Assembly: GCA_041485285.1 (NCBI GenBank)
Contig: JBGPJF010000001.1
Span: 17,669 to 81,668, forward strand
DNA length: 64,000 nucleotides
Direction of reading: 5' to 3'
From: Thermoplasmata archaeon
GTDB lineage: Archaea > Thermoplasmatota > DTKX01 > DATEUP01
The notes under the pieces were generated by a model, which was not told where the DNA came from, searched no databases, and was given only the letters and a program-made list of their open reading frames with translations. Position 1 is the first letter of the stretch; each line of letters begins with the position of its first letter. The position numbers and the translations under genes are program-made. Of this stretch, positions 55,866 to 64,000 are shown piece by piece.

Positions 55866-56031
55866 CCGAATTTCATACAATGCATACAATTTATACATTT
55901 TGGCCCCGATTACCCATGGGAGGGCAGAAAGCTGGCCGCAAAGTATTTGCGCGGCGCCCGCCTCGCCGCAGTTGTGTCCGCCGCCCCCGTGACTAAACGG
56001 CACGCTCTCGCTCATTAGCGGGAGCCACAAC

Positions 56032-56105
56032 GGGCCTGTCGGACAGCCAGGTAGTCTAGCGGACTTTTAATCCGCGCGTCGGGGGTTCGAATCCCCCCAG
56101 GCCCG
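56032..56105 (+). tRNA. tRNA-Lys (anticodon UUU), no encoded CCA
   Basis: Hand-folded: acceptor GGGCCTG/CAGGCCC, D-arm GGAC-AGCCAGGTA-GTCT, anticodon stem GCGGA/TCCGC with loop CTTTTAA, T-arm GGGGG-TTCGAAT-CCCCC, discriminator G. Total 74 nt. Confidence 0.75.
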
Positions 56106-56120
56106 CTTCCCCTTTTCATG

Positions 56121-56194
56121 GCCTTTGTGGTGTAGTGGAAGCACGCGGACCTCTTTGACCGCCCGCGGCGCCGGTTCGATTCGGGCAGCGGCAC
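56121..56194 (+). ncRNA. tRNA-like element 15 nt downstream of tRNA-Lys. It has a D-arm-like TGGTGTAGTGGAAGCAC and a T-loop-like GGTTCGATTC, but no canonical acceptor or anticodon-stem pairing could be found by hand.
   Basis: Conserved tRNA landmarks are present (A14, G18G19, the GTTCGAtt T-loop), but the acceptor does not pair with GCCTTTG/AGCGGCA. It may be intron-containing, non-canonical, or a pseudo-tRNA. Confidence 0.3.
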
Positions 56195-56199
56195 TACGT

Positions 56200-56400
56200 T
56201 TAATCTTCAATCGAGAAGAAATCGACTAAGAGTAGCCAAGCCATCACGGTCACCGCACCTACGAGAGTCAGACCCCCAACGGCAACGGGATCCCCAAACA
56301 GGGACTGATCTACGCCGAACAGTGTAAAGAGGACGACCAAGAGCGCCGTGACAAGGACCCCCATGGCCCAATGGGACTTGTCCTTGTCCATCAGAATCAC
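56200..56400 (-). CDS. Small membrane protein of 66 aa, 2 TM, downstream of nadE
   Basis: MILMDKDKSHWAMGVLVTALLVVLFTLFGV...LTLVGAVTVMAWLLLV. ATGA overlap with the nadE stop. Confidence 0.35.
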   Translation of the reverse strand: MILMDKDKSHWAMGVLVTALLVVLFTLFGVDQSLFGDPVAVGGLTLVGAVTVMAWLLLVDFFSIED

Positions 56401-57200
56401 TCGCGCCAGTCAATCCCGACCGTTCGCATCCCCAACTTGCACACGAGCGGCATTCGCCGCTTGTGGGCGCCGTGCTCGACCTTCGCGCGCACCTTGCGCA
56501 CTTTCGCCAGCGGCACGCCCGCCCGGCGCACGATCATCGCGTCGTTCATCTTGAGTTCGAGCCCCAGCAGCAGGCGGTCGAGGTCGACGTATGCGATCCC
56601 GAGGTCGCCCTCATCCGTTTGTCCGGGCCAGAGCCCCGCCGAGGGCGGCTTCTCGATGATGCGCCTTGGCACGCGCATCGCGGCCGCCATCTCGCGGACC
56701 TGAGTCTTGTACAGGTCGCCGATCGGCAGCAGGTCGCAGCCGCCGTCCCCCCACTTCGTGAAGTAGCCCGTGAGCAGCTCGCTCTTGTTGCCGGTCCCGA
56801 GCACGAGGGCGCCGCGGCGGTTGGCCTCGGCGTAGAGCGCGGCCATCCGGACGCGCGCCTTGAGGTTCCCGCGCACCTTACGGTCGCTCGCCTTGGTCGC
56901 CTCGACCATCGCGAAATAGGGCACCGTGAGGTCGCGCACTTCGAAGGAGACCTTCATCTTGGCCGCGACCGCGCGCGCGTCGCGCAGATCGCCGGGCGGA
57001 ACGCGCTCGATGGGGAGGAAGAACGTCCACACGCGCTTGGGCCCCAGGGCCTTGACTGCAAGCGCGGTCACGAGCGCGGAGTCCACGCCCCCGGACATGC
57101 CGATGACCACGCCGGGCGCCCCCGCGTCACCGACGTGGTCCTGGAGAAACGCCGCAATGGCGTCGGATGCGCCTTCCGGGAGCGAGGGCGTGAGCGCCAC
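56397..57200 (-). CDS. nadE: NH3-dependent NAD+ synthetase
   Basis: PP-loop VVIGMSGGVDSALV, 267 aa. Confidence 0.85.
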   Translation of the reverse strand: MALTPSLPEGASDAIAAFLQDHVGDAGAPGVVIGMSGGVDSALVTALAVKALGPKRVWTFFLPIERVPPGDLRDARAVAAKMKVSFEVRDLTVPYFAMVEATKASDRKVRGNLKARVRMAALYAEANRRGALVLGTGNKSELLTGYFTKWGDGGCDLLPIGDLYKTQVREMAAAMRVPRRIIEKPPSAGLWPGQTDEGDLGIAYVDLDRLLLGLELKMNDAMIVRRAGVPLAKVRKVRAKVEHGAHKRRMPLVCKLGMRTVGIDWRE

Positions 57201-57298
57201 GGCGCGGGGAGCGGCCTGCGCCGCTTTTTACGTTTGGATTGGGGGACGCGCCTCACGCTGGGTAACGTCCATTTAGGCTCGCCCCGCTCCCTTGCGCG

Positions 57299-58123
57299 AT
57301 GCGCATCCTCGGTGCCCAGTGGCGCCCCATAACCGCCAACACGCCCGCGAACCTGAAGCGCATGCTCGACCTCGTCATCAAGCGCCGACCCACGCTCGCC
57401 CTCTTCCCCGAGATGTGGCTCACGGGCTACTCCATTCGAGACCGGGTCATCGAGCTTGCCGAGCCCGCCGACGGACCCTCGGTCGAAGCCGCCTCCAAGG
57501 CCGCGCGCAAAGCGCGCTCCACGATCGTGTTCGGCTTCCCCGAGAAGGCGCGCGGCCAGCGCGGCGCGATCTACAACTCCGCCGCCGTGTGCACGCCCGA
57601 CGGCGAAGTGGGCGTCTACCGCAAGTGGTTCCTCCCGAACTTCGGGCCGTACGAGGAGAAGATGCATTTCCACAAAGGCACGGGCGTCCCCGTGTTCAAC
57701 ACGCCATTTGGGACCCTCGGCCTCCAGATCTGCTACGACCTCTTCTTCCCCGAGCTTGCGAAGGTCTCGTGCCTCAAGGGCGCCGACATCGTCGTGAACA
57801 TCTCGGCCTCGCCGATCACCGCGCGCTCGCTGTTTGAGCGGATCATTGAGGCGCGCGCCGTCGAAAACGCCGTGTTCTTCGCCTATTTGAACCGCGTCGG
57901 CACCGACCTCGGCCTCGTGTTTGCCGGCGGCTCGGCGCTCATCGGGCCCAGGGGCCAGGAGATCCAGGCGCTACCGCTTGTCAAGGAGGCGCTCCTCGAC
58001 TGCGAGGTCGACCTCGAAGACACCGACCTCGCCCGGCCGTTCCGCCCCACGCTGCGCGACTCGCGCGCCGAAGTCTTCGACGAGGCCGCCGCGTTGGTCC
58101 GCGCGGGCGGGCCATCGCCCTGA
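57299..58123 (+). CDS. Carbon-nitrogen hydrolase (nitrilase/Nit superfamily)
   Basis: E-K-C triad context: LALFPEMWLTGY, ...YRKWFLPNF..., LQICYDLFFPE. Confidence 0.85.
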   Translation: MRILGAQWRPITANTPANLKRMLDLVIKRRPTLALFPEMWLTGYSIRDRVIELAEPADGPSVEAASKAARKARSTIVFGFPEKARGQRGAIYNSAAVCTPDGEVGVYRKWFLPNFGPYEEKMHFHKGTGVPVFNTPFGTLGLQICYDLFFPELAKVSCLKGADIVVNISASPITARSLFERIIEARAVENAVFFAYLNRVGTDLGLVFAGGSALIGPRGQEIQALPLVKEALLDCEVDLEDTDLARPFRPTLRDSRAEVFDEAAALVRAGGPSP

Positions 58124-58130
58124 CCGCGCC

Positions 58131-58140
58131 AAGTTTTATA
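58131..58140 (+). promoter_or_regulatory. TATA-like box aagttttata about 20 bp upstream of tRNA-Gln
   Basis: Read directly. The spacing is slightly short for a canonical -26 position. Confidence 0.35.
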
Positions 58141-58156
58141 CGCCCCGCTGGCTCAC

Positions 58157-58229
58157 GCCGCACCATAGCCCCGTAGTGTAGCGGCCAATCATGCGGGCCT
58201 TTGGAGCCTGCGACGGCAGTTCGAATCTG
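58157..58229 (+). tRNA. tRNA-Gln (anticodon UUG), no encoded CCA
   Basis: Acceptor AGCCCCG/CGGGGCT, anticodon stem CGGGC/GCCTG with loop CTTTGGA, T-arm GGCAG-TTCGAAT-CTGCC, discriminator A. Total 73 nt. Confidence 0.7.
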
Positions 58230-58263
58230 CCCGGGGCTACTCCCCTTCCACCGAGCCTACGCT

Positions 58264-58782
58264 TCACGACCCATACTGCTTCGGGATGTCGCGCGGGCCC
58301 GCTTCCTTCTTCTTCGCAGGGCCCGCCGCGTACGCGCCTTCAGGAAGCGCCTTGGCTTCCTCTTCCATCTTCGCCACCCAACCCTCGATCCGCAGCGCGA
58401 AGTCCTCTTGGAACTTCTTGCGGAACCCGGATGCAAACGCCCGCCGCCACCCACGCACGATGATCTCCATGCTGACCTTCATCTGCGCGCCGCCCGGCGT
58501 CTCCTCGACGCCGAACTCCGTGCGGTGGTACCAGCGGCCCGCTTCCTCTTCGACGCGGAAGTGCGACGGCGGATACTTGCGCAGCACGGCCTTCGATTCA
58601 TACGGCGCGCCCGCGAGCGTGCCCTTGTCCTTCGTCGTGTTCTGCAGCTGCTTCCAGACCTCGGTGATCTCGCGGGAGGTGAGCCCCTTCGTGTAGGCGC
58701 CGTCCTCCGCCGTGGGGGAGGTCATCCAGTCGTACACGAAGCGCGCCGGCGCCTTCACCGTGTAGGTGTGCTCGAAATGCAT
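58264..58782 (-). CDS. SRPBCC (START/Bet v1/polyketide-cyclase-like) domain protein
   Basis: 172 aa. The first ~140 aa (MHFEHTYTVKAPARFVYDWMTSP......GAQMKVSMEIIVRGW...) show an SRPBCC pattern. The tail is basic/Ala-rich. Confidence 0.5.
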   Translation of the reverse strand: MHFEHTYTVKAPARFVYDWMTSPTAEDGAYTKGLTSREITEVWKQLQNTTKDKGTLAGAPYESKAVLRKYPPSHFRVEEEAGRWYHRTEFGVEETPGGAQMKVSMEIIVRGWRRAFASGFRKKFQEDFALRIEGWVAKMEEEAKALPEGAYAAGPAKKKEAGPRDIPKQYGS

Positions 58783-59437
58783 GGCCGCAGGACGGCAGGC
58801 AGCCGCGCGCGCTTATGAAATCTTCGGGCGCGGAGGGCTGGTCGAAGCCCCGGCGCATCTCGGAGTCGAACACCGCCGCGGAACAACCGTTGCGCCCGCG
58901 ACTTGCCCTCATTGCGAAACCCTAAAGGCGTGCCCCCCGCTCCGAGCACCCGTGGAAACCCCCCACTATTCCTTGACGGACACCCCCCTAGAGGTCGACC
59001 TGCGAGCGCTCCAGCGCGTCGGTAAAGAGCGGTTCACGCTGCTGTGGTGGGAGCACTTCTACGATGGCCCCTTGTACGGGATGGCCCTCCTCGACGGGCA
59101 GAAGCACTGGTACCGGTGCTATGAATCGAACGGCGCGTCCTCTGGCGCGGACTCCATGGAGCGGCACATTGTTTTCTTTCGGCTGGACCCGGAGCACCGG
59201 CGGCTCGAGGAGGAGTGGCACGAGTTGTTCCGCAAGTATGTCACGGGAGTGACCGACTTCGTGCGCGAACGGCCCCACCGGGGGCTCCCGCGGCGGACGC
59301 CGGAGGAGATGGAAACGTTTGCGCGACTTTGGGCCGCGGCCGGTGTCAAGGCCCGCCAGCTAGCCCCGAATTCGGCGGTCGGGTTTTACGAGGACCCCCA
59401 AAACCGGCTCGTGGACGGCCCGCGCGAAACATTCTGA
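58766..59437 (+). CDS. Hypothetical protein (start uncertain; may begin downstream)
   Basis: Aromatic-rich, globular-looking ...RFTLLWWEHFYDGPLYGMALLDGQKHWYRCYESNG.... No family recognised. Confidence 0.3.
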   Translation: MCSKCMAAGRQAAARAYEIFGRGGLVEAPAHLGVEHRRGTTVAPATCPHCETLKACPPLRAPVETPHYSLTDTPLEVDLRALQRVGKERFTLLWWEHFYDGPLYGMALLDGQKHWYRCYESNGASSGADSMERHIVFFRLDPEHRRLEEEWHELFRKYVTGVTDFVRERPHRGLPRRTPEEMETFARLWAAAGVKARQLAPNSAVGFYEDPQNRLVDGPRETF

Positions 59438-59522
59438 AGGCGGGAACGGCTGGGCGGCGTGGGGGGAGGGGGGCAAAAGTGGACGGGGGCAAGCGCCCCC
59501 GGAAATGTGCGCGGCCCGCGCC

Positions 59523-60110
59523 TTACGAGTCCTTCTCGAAGTCGATGATCACCGCGAAAGTGAGCGGGTAGATCGGGTGCATCGAGTTGCCCGCAAGGAT
59601 CACCGAGTAGGTGTCGCGCAGGGTGAGCATCTTGGCCGTGACGCGCGCCACTTCGGTGCCCGCCGGGTCCTTCATCGCGTACTTGCGGCGGATCAGGTTG
59701 CCCTTCGTGGAGATCATGGGCTGGCCCTGGCCGTTGAGCAGCGACGCCTTCAGGCCGCCGATGAACCCGCGCTTGACATTGATGTAGCCGACCATCCGCC
59801 CGTCGGCGAGCGTGATCGTGTAGGCCGTCTTGAACGCGCCCGAGCCCTTCGAGATCATGCCGACCGGGCGGTCGTCGTTCGTGAGGATCGCGTAGGAGCG
59901 CTTCATGTGGCGCTTCACGATCGACCCTGCAAGCGCGCCCACGAGCGCCGCGCCGACGGCCTGGCCCGCGTCCTGCTTGATCTTGAAAAGCGGGTTTTTC
60001 TGGTCATCCAGCACGTCGTAGGTCGCGCCGATGGTGAGCGCGCGCTGACGCAACAGGAAACTCGTTCGTCCGGCAAGTGGCAGGTCTTCCATTCTGACGG
60101 CCATTGACAT
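59523..60110 (-). CDS. LURP-one-related / tubby-C-terminal-like (DUF567) family protein
   Basis: ...FLLRQRALTIGATYDVLDDQKNPLFKIKQDAG... and a C-terminal ...HPIYPLTFAVIIDFE..., matching the LOR/DUF567 organisation. The start among three nearby Met codons is uncertain. Confidence 0.45.
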   Translation of the reverse strand: MSMAVRMEDLPLAGRTSFLLRQRALTIGATYDVLDDQKNPLFKIKQDAGQAVGAALVGALAGSIVKRHMKRSYAILTNDDRPVGMISKGSGAFKTAYTITLADGRMVGYINVKRGFIGGLKASLLNGQGQPMISTKGNLIRRKYAMKDPAGTEVARVTAKMLTLRDTYSVILAGNSMHPIYPLTFAVIIDFEKDS

Positions 60111-60200
60111 TGGGGTAACCCGAACGGAGGAGGGGGTGAGGGGCATCTTAAACGTAATGGTGCGCCGGGCGAGCGCAAGGGGGAGGTTTCGGCCCCCCCC

Positions 60201-60854
60201 TCACTGTCCGGGGTGGATCTCGTAGTCGTGGACCACGGCGAGGAACACGAAGTAAATGGGGTGGACGGGGGCGAAGGTGCGCAGGACGACCACGTCCCGC
60301 AGCCCGTGGAGCGCGCGAGAGAGGTCGCCGGCCGGACGCCCCCAGGGGTCGAGGATGGGGGTCGGCCCGGGGTAGGGGGCCACGTTGAGAGAGAGGGCGG
60401 GGGCGCCCGTGGCATCGAGCACGACAGCGCCGAGTGGGCCGTACCCTGCGCTCGTGACGTCGACCCATGCAAACGGCTGCCAATCGGAGAGGAACAGGGT
60501 CCACGCGGGGCGGGCGGACCCCGACGCCTTTTCGATCCGGCCAAGCCACCGGTCGTCGAGCGTCCACATCTCGTAGTGGCGGGCCATCGCATGCTCCAGC
60601 CGGGTGCCGAGGTTCACATCGCGCCGGTGATGGTGCTTCCCGCTGGAGGCGAGGACATCGACCGCCACCGCGAAGGTCTCGGAGACCGCGGCCTGCGACG
60701 CGGGCCGCTCGATCTGGAACAGCTCGCGCCCGTCCTCTGCAAGCACGTGGTAGCGCGTGCCCAGGCGCACGAGCTCCTTCTCGAGTTCGAGGTAGTTCAG
60801 GCCGTCAAGGCCTGCCTCCAAGAGGGGTGCGGGGACCCCTTCTTCGGCGGCCAC
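60201..60854 (-). CDS. Second DUF567/tubby-like paralog
   Basis: ...LVRLGTRYHVLAEDGRELFQIERP... and a C-terminal ...VHPIYFVFLAVVHDYE..., parallel to the previous gene. Confidence 0.45.
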   Translation of the reverse strand: MAAEEGVPAPLLEAGLDGLNYLELEKELVRLGTRYHVLAEDGRELFQIERPASQAAVSETFAVAVDVLASSGKHHHRRDVNLGTRLEHAMARHYEMWTLDDRWLGRIEKASGSARPAWTLFLSDWQPFAWVDVTSAGYGPLGAVVLDATGAPALSLNVAPYPGPTPILDPWGRPAGDLSRALHGLRDVVVLRTFAPVHPIYFVFLAVVHDYEIHPGQ

Positions 60855-60941
60855 GGGGGAGGATGCAGCGCTGCGACCGATTAACGGTTGCGCAAAGCGC
60901 GCGCGCTACCCGAAAGGAGTTTCCCGCGGGCCGAAGCGCCT

Positions 60942-63113
60942 TCAGAGCCCGCCGGCGGCAGCGGGCGCCGCCGACCCGCGCTGGGTGCGCGCAAAGAGCT
61001 GGAGGGTTTCGCCCTCGCGGTGCGTCTCGACATAGCCCGACTGGGAGAGCGCGCGCACGGACCGTGCCACATGCCCACCCGGCTTGCCGAGGAGCTCGGC
61101 GACCTGCTGCTCGGTCATGCCCGGGCGCGCCTCGATCGCCTCAAGCACCGCGCGGTCGTCGGAGGCGAGCGTGTAGGCCTCCGCGTCGATCTTGACCTTG
61201 GTCGCGAAGAAGCGGAGGTACATCCCCTCGCGGGCGGTCTTGATGAGCCCGGCCTTCTCGAGCGCGTGAAGGTGGTACGCGCACACGCCGCGCGCGACCC
61301 CCGCCTTGCGCTGGAGTTCGGAGAGGTGGATGCCCGGCTCATCGTCGATGATCTGGTAGATTCGGCCGCGGACAAAGTGCGTGAGGAGCTTCTCGCGGTT
61401 CTGGCGGTCGACGATCGCGCCGACAAGGCCGGCGAGCAGGAAGTAGATCCCGACCTCGGTGCCGCCGAGGAAGATGCCGACGGCGACCAGCCCGGCGATG
61501 CCGAGCCACAGCGGCCATGGGTTGGAGCGGGGAGCAGCGACCGGCCCGGCGTGGGGGCTCACGGTGATTGTGGTGCTGGTGGAACCTGACCCGCCGGGGC
61601 CGGCGGCAGTGACCGCAATCTCATGGATGCCGGGAGCGAGTTTGACGTCCGAAAAGAGCGACGCGTGCGAAGCGGCCTCGCCGTCGACGGTCCATGTGAA
61701 TTCGGTGTTGGTCGGGTCGGGGACGTTGCCTACCCACTGGAGGGACACGGCGTCCCCCGCGCCGACCTCGAGGCTCCCGGTGACCGGGACGATGCGGTCT
61801 AGCGTGGGGGCAACCGGGTCGGGAAGCACCGTCCAGGTAAACGCGAAGCGGTTTTCTGGGAGGCCTGGGTCCCCCGCCCACAGGTAACGAGTGTAGGTGC
61901 CGGGTGTCCGCGGCAAGGAAACGAAGGCTCCGAAGTAGGTGCCTTCGGCATTTAGGCGGTCGGCGTGCTGGTCTTGCTGCTCCAACACGGGGTCATTCAG
62001 GTAAACCACGCCTACGTAGCGTGTAGCGCTGAATTCCGCATACAGGTCGCCGCCTGCCGGGAGGTCGGAAAGGTGAACCTCGGGAACCGCCGGGACGACA
62101 AGCGCAAGCCCCGCACCTACGGACGCATCGTACACCACGATGGGAACCTCGATGCTCGCCGCCGCGCGGTGCGTGTCAACCGCCGTGATTTGCAGATACG
62201 AGGGGCCGCCACCGAGCGCGGCCGCGTCGGCGCCCACCAGGAACGTGAACGGCGCGTGGTCAACGGTCGAGTAGTCGACGGTGTGAATTCCGGCCGTGGC
62301 GCCCTGCGCAGTGACCGTAAAGGCATCGGCCTCGGGGTCAGAGACGGTGAGGGTGACATGCACATAGCCTCCGGTGGGGACGGGCTCCGGCACAGCCGCC
62401 AGGGCTACAACGGGCGCCTGATTTTGGGTGTCGGCCACAACGAGGCGCAACGGCGCCGCGTCGGAGGTCTCTCCGTTCCGGTCCTGCGCGGTGAGTTGCA
62501 TGTCGTAGGCGCCTGCGGCCGCCCCCGGCCCCCACGCGAATGAGAATTTGCCGCTTGCGTAGCTCACCGTCACGCCGGGCGCCGTCAAATAGGTGGAAAA
62601 GACGAGCAGGTCGCCGCCGCCGTCGTCGGCGAAATACTTGGCAAGGTCGAAGGCCGCGGGATCCGTCTGGCCGAGCGCAACCGTGAGGTCGGGCAGCGGG
62701 GCGGCGAGCTTCGGGTGGGTCACACACTGGTTGGCCGTGACCATGCGCAGGACCGTCGCAAAGTTCCCGGCTGCATCGGTCGCGACGACCGTGATCACGG
62801 CCGGCTGCAGGCATGAAGTGCCGGTGCCTGGAAGCGTCAGGTCTCGAACTTCGAAGGTGCCGTCAAAGATGTTCACGTCCGCGAGGTGCCCGTTGACGGT
62901 GACCATTGCTCCGCGTTCGGTGGCCCCGAACACGATCGGACGGTCGTCGGCAAGCTGCGCGCCTTCGGAGGGCGCGTAGAGGGTGAGCGAAGGGGCCGTC
63001 GTGTCGGAGGGAGCCGCAAACGCGGGGGCCGCCGCAAGGAGGACAAAAAAAGCGGCAACGCCAAGCGCAAGCGGCGAAGGGTGAATGTACCGCTCCGGCG
63101 CTTGGCGTGCCAT
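60942..63113 (-). CDS. Membrane-anchored regulator: signal peptide, ~500-aa extracellular Ig/cadherin-like domains, 2 TM, two cytoplasmic winged-helix (MarR/ArsR-like) domains
   Basis: Signal LALGVAAFFVLLAAAPAFAAPS. TMs WLGIAGLVAVGIFLGG / IYFLLAGLVGAIV. wHTH ...IHLSELQRKAGVARGVCAYHLHALEKAGLIKTAREGMYLRF... and ...MTEQQVAELLGKPGGHVARSVRALSQSGYVETHREG.... Confidence 0.6.
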   Translation of the reverse strand: MARQAPERYIHPSPLALGVAAFFVLLAAAPAFAAPSDTTAPSLTLYAPSEGAQLADDRPIVFGATERGAMVTVNGHLADVNIFDGTFEVRDLTLPGTGTSCLQPAVITVVATDAAGNFATVLRMVTANQCVTHPKLAAPLPDLTVALGQTDPAAFDLAKYFADDGGGDLLVFSTYLTAPGVTVSYASGKFSFAWGPGAAAGAYDMQLTAQDRNGETSDAAPLRLVVADTQNQAPVVALAAVPEPVPTGGYVHVTLTVSDPEADAFTVTAQGATAGIHTVDYSTVDHAPFTFLVGADAAALGGGPSYLQITAVDTHRAAASIEVPIVVYDASVGAGLALVVPAVPEVHLSDLPAGGDLYAEFSATRYVGVVYLNDPVLEQQDQHADRLNAEGTYFGAFVSLPRTPGTYTRYLWAGDPGLPENRFAFTWTVLPDPVAPTLDRIVPVTGSLEVGAGDAVSLQWVGNVPDPTNTEFTWTVDGEAASHASLFSDVKLAPGIHEIAVTAAGPGGSGSTSTTITVSPHAGPVAAPRSNPWPLWLGIAGLVAVGIFLGGTEVGIYFLLAGLVGAIVDRQNREKLLTHFVRGRIYQIIDDEPGIHLSELQRKAGVARGVCAYHLHALEKAGLIKTAREGMYLRFFATKVKIDAEAYTLASDDRAVLEAIEARPGMTEQQVAELLGKPGGHVARSVRALSQSGYVETHREGETLQLFARTQRGSAAPAAAGGL

Positions 63114-63218
63114 AGTGTTCTGCTGCCAGTTGAGCGACTGGCCTTAAGAAGTTCGGCGTGAGACGTATAAAACGCATGTGGCAGGCCCTCGCCCGGCCAG
63201 CAACGTTGCCAGGGCGGC

Positions 63219-64000
63219 TCAATCCTCAGGCAGTGGCTTCTTGGCCGGGGCCTTGCCCTTCGGCGCTGGCTGGGGGGGCGGGGGCGGCGGTTCGTCGGCG
63301 TCTTCGAATTCCTCGAACTCCGTCGGCTCGTCGTCGACCTTCTTCGGCGGGGCCTTCATCGTCGCCTCGAATTCGCCGGCGAGGTCCTCGTGGGGGGCCT
63401 CCTCGAACTCCGTGATCTCTTCGAAGGCAGGCGCCTCGTCCTCGTCGCCCTCCGGCAGCGGCTTCTTGGCCGCCGGCGCGGGCGGGGGCGGCGGGGGCGG
63501 TGGGGCCTTGCTCGTCGGCCTCGGCGGCGTTGGCGGCGTCGTCGATACCTTGGCCGCGGGCGCAGCCTTCGAGGGCGCGGGCTTGGGAGCCGGCGCCGGC
63601 TCCTCTTCGAACTCGACCGCCTGGTCCTCGCTGGGCTCTTCCGGCTCGGCAGCAGGCTCCTCTTCCTCGACGACCACGGGCTTCCTTGCCGGCGCCGGCT
63701 TCGCCGGCGGTGCGGGCTTTGCAGCGGGCTCCTCCTCTTCCTCGGCCACAGCCTCTGCTTCTATGATTTCCGCCGCCACACCTTCCTCGGGCGAGAGGTA
63801 CTGCAAGACCTCCTTGCACTTCGAGGCGTACTCCGCCTTCGGCCCCAGTTGCAGCGCCCGCTTGAAGGCGGGCAGCGCCTCGCTTGGCCGGTCGAGCCGG
63901 TCGAGGATCACGCCGCGGTTGAAGTGAAGGACGCCATTGGCCTCGTTGATCTCAAGCGCCTTGTCGAAGCACTGGAGCGCTTCCTCCATCTTCTCGAGCT
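63219..64000 (-). CDS. TPR-repeat protein with a long Pro/Glu/Ala-rich disordered C-terminal tail. Partial: the N-terminus lies beyond the right edge.
   Basis: ...ALQCFDKALEINEANGVLHFNRGVILDRLDRPSEALPAFKRALQLGPKAEYASKC... TPR-like helices, then a PAPPAKPAP... / EEEEEP... tail. Confidence 0.5.
   Translation of the reverse strand, partial: LEKMEEALQCFDKALEINEANGVLHFNRGVILDRLDRPSEALPAFKRALQLGPKAEYASKCKEVLQYLSPEEGVAAEIIEAEAVAEEEEEPAAKPAPPAKPAPARKPVVVEEEEPAAEPEEPSEDQAVEFEEEPAPAPKPAPSKAAPAAKVSTTPPTPPRPTSKAPPPPPPPPAPAAKKPLPEGDEDEAPAFEEITEFEEAPHEDLAGEFEATMKAPPKKVDDEPTEFEEFEDADEPPPPPPQPAPKGKAPAKKPLPED

Noticed and set aside
56032-56194. Reading the two tRNA-like sequences as one long-arm tRNA (Ser/Leu type) or an rRNA fragment
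   Set aside because: The first 74 nt fold as a complete class-I tRNA-Lys on their own. The remainder lacks a long variable arm and has no similarity to rRNA.

Overview
This 64 kb window is high-GC (roughly 65%) and most consistent with an archaeal chromosome. Supporting signs are an argJ-containing arginine operon, an archaeal/eukaryal-type ProRS, a thiolase–DUF35 pair, a tandem Lrp fusion, TATA-like boxes about 25 bp upstream of starts, tRNAs without an encoded CCA, oligo-T terminators, and Asn-x-Ser/Thr-rich surface proteins with C-terminal TM anchors. The housekeeping backbone is leuC–leuD, a short IPMS/homocitrate-synthase-family gene, argC–argJ–argB–argD, argG–argH, ileS, proS, a class-I/II aminotransferase, nadE, a CN-hydrolase, a flotillin–NfeD operon, a CopA-type Cu-ATPase and a CcmF-like heme lyase. 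tRNA-Lys(UUU) and tRNA-Gln(UUG) are present. A second tRNA-like element next to tRNA-Lys does not fold canonically by hand. Several accessory features sit between these genes:
- a partial HNH endonuclease at the left edge, beside a duplicated, pseudogenised 3' fragment of leuD;
- at least six small toxin–antitoxin-like modules: three VapBC pairs, one RelE/ParE-like pair and two tandem BrnT-like/AbrB-like pairs, one of which is fused in frame;
- a cell-surface island with a 970-aa WD40/PKD-type protein and two tandem paralogs built as repeat-rich head, Ig-like domain, long N-glycosylation-sequon-studded coiled coil and TM anchor;
- a DUF4143 AAA+ ATPase cassette precisely flanked by about 140-bp imperfect direct repeats that duplicate the 5' end of the neighbouring thiolase gene;
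- an ankyrin-repeat protein and a 1384-aa surface protein with five tandem PPC-like repeats;
- a divergent Fic/methyltransferase pair, tandem tubby-like DUF567 paralogs and a membrane-anchored double winged-helix regulator with extracellular Ig-like domains.
No CRISPR array, rRNA gene, integrase or transposase was recognised. All calls are from manual reading of the six-frame translations, and every family assignment needs a profile search to confirm it.
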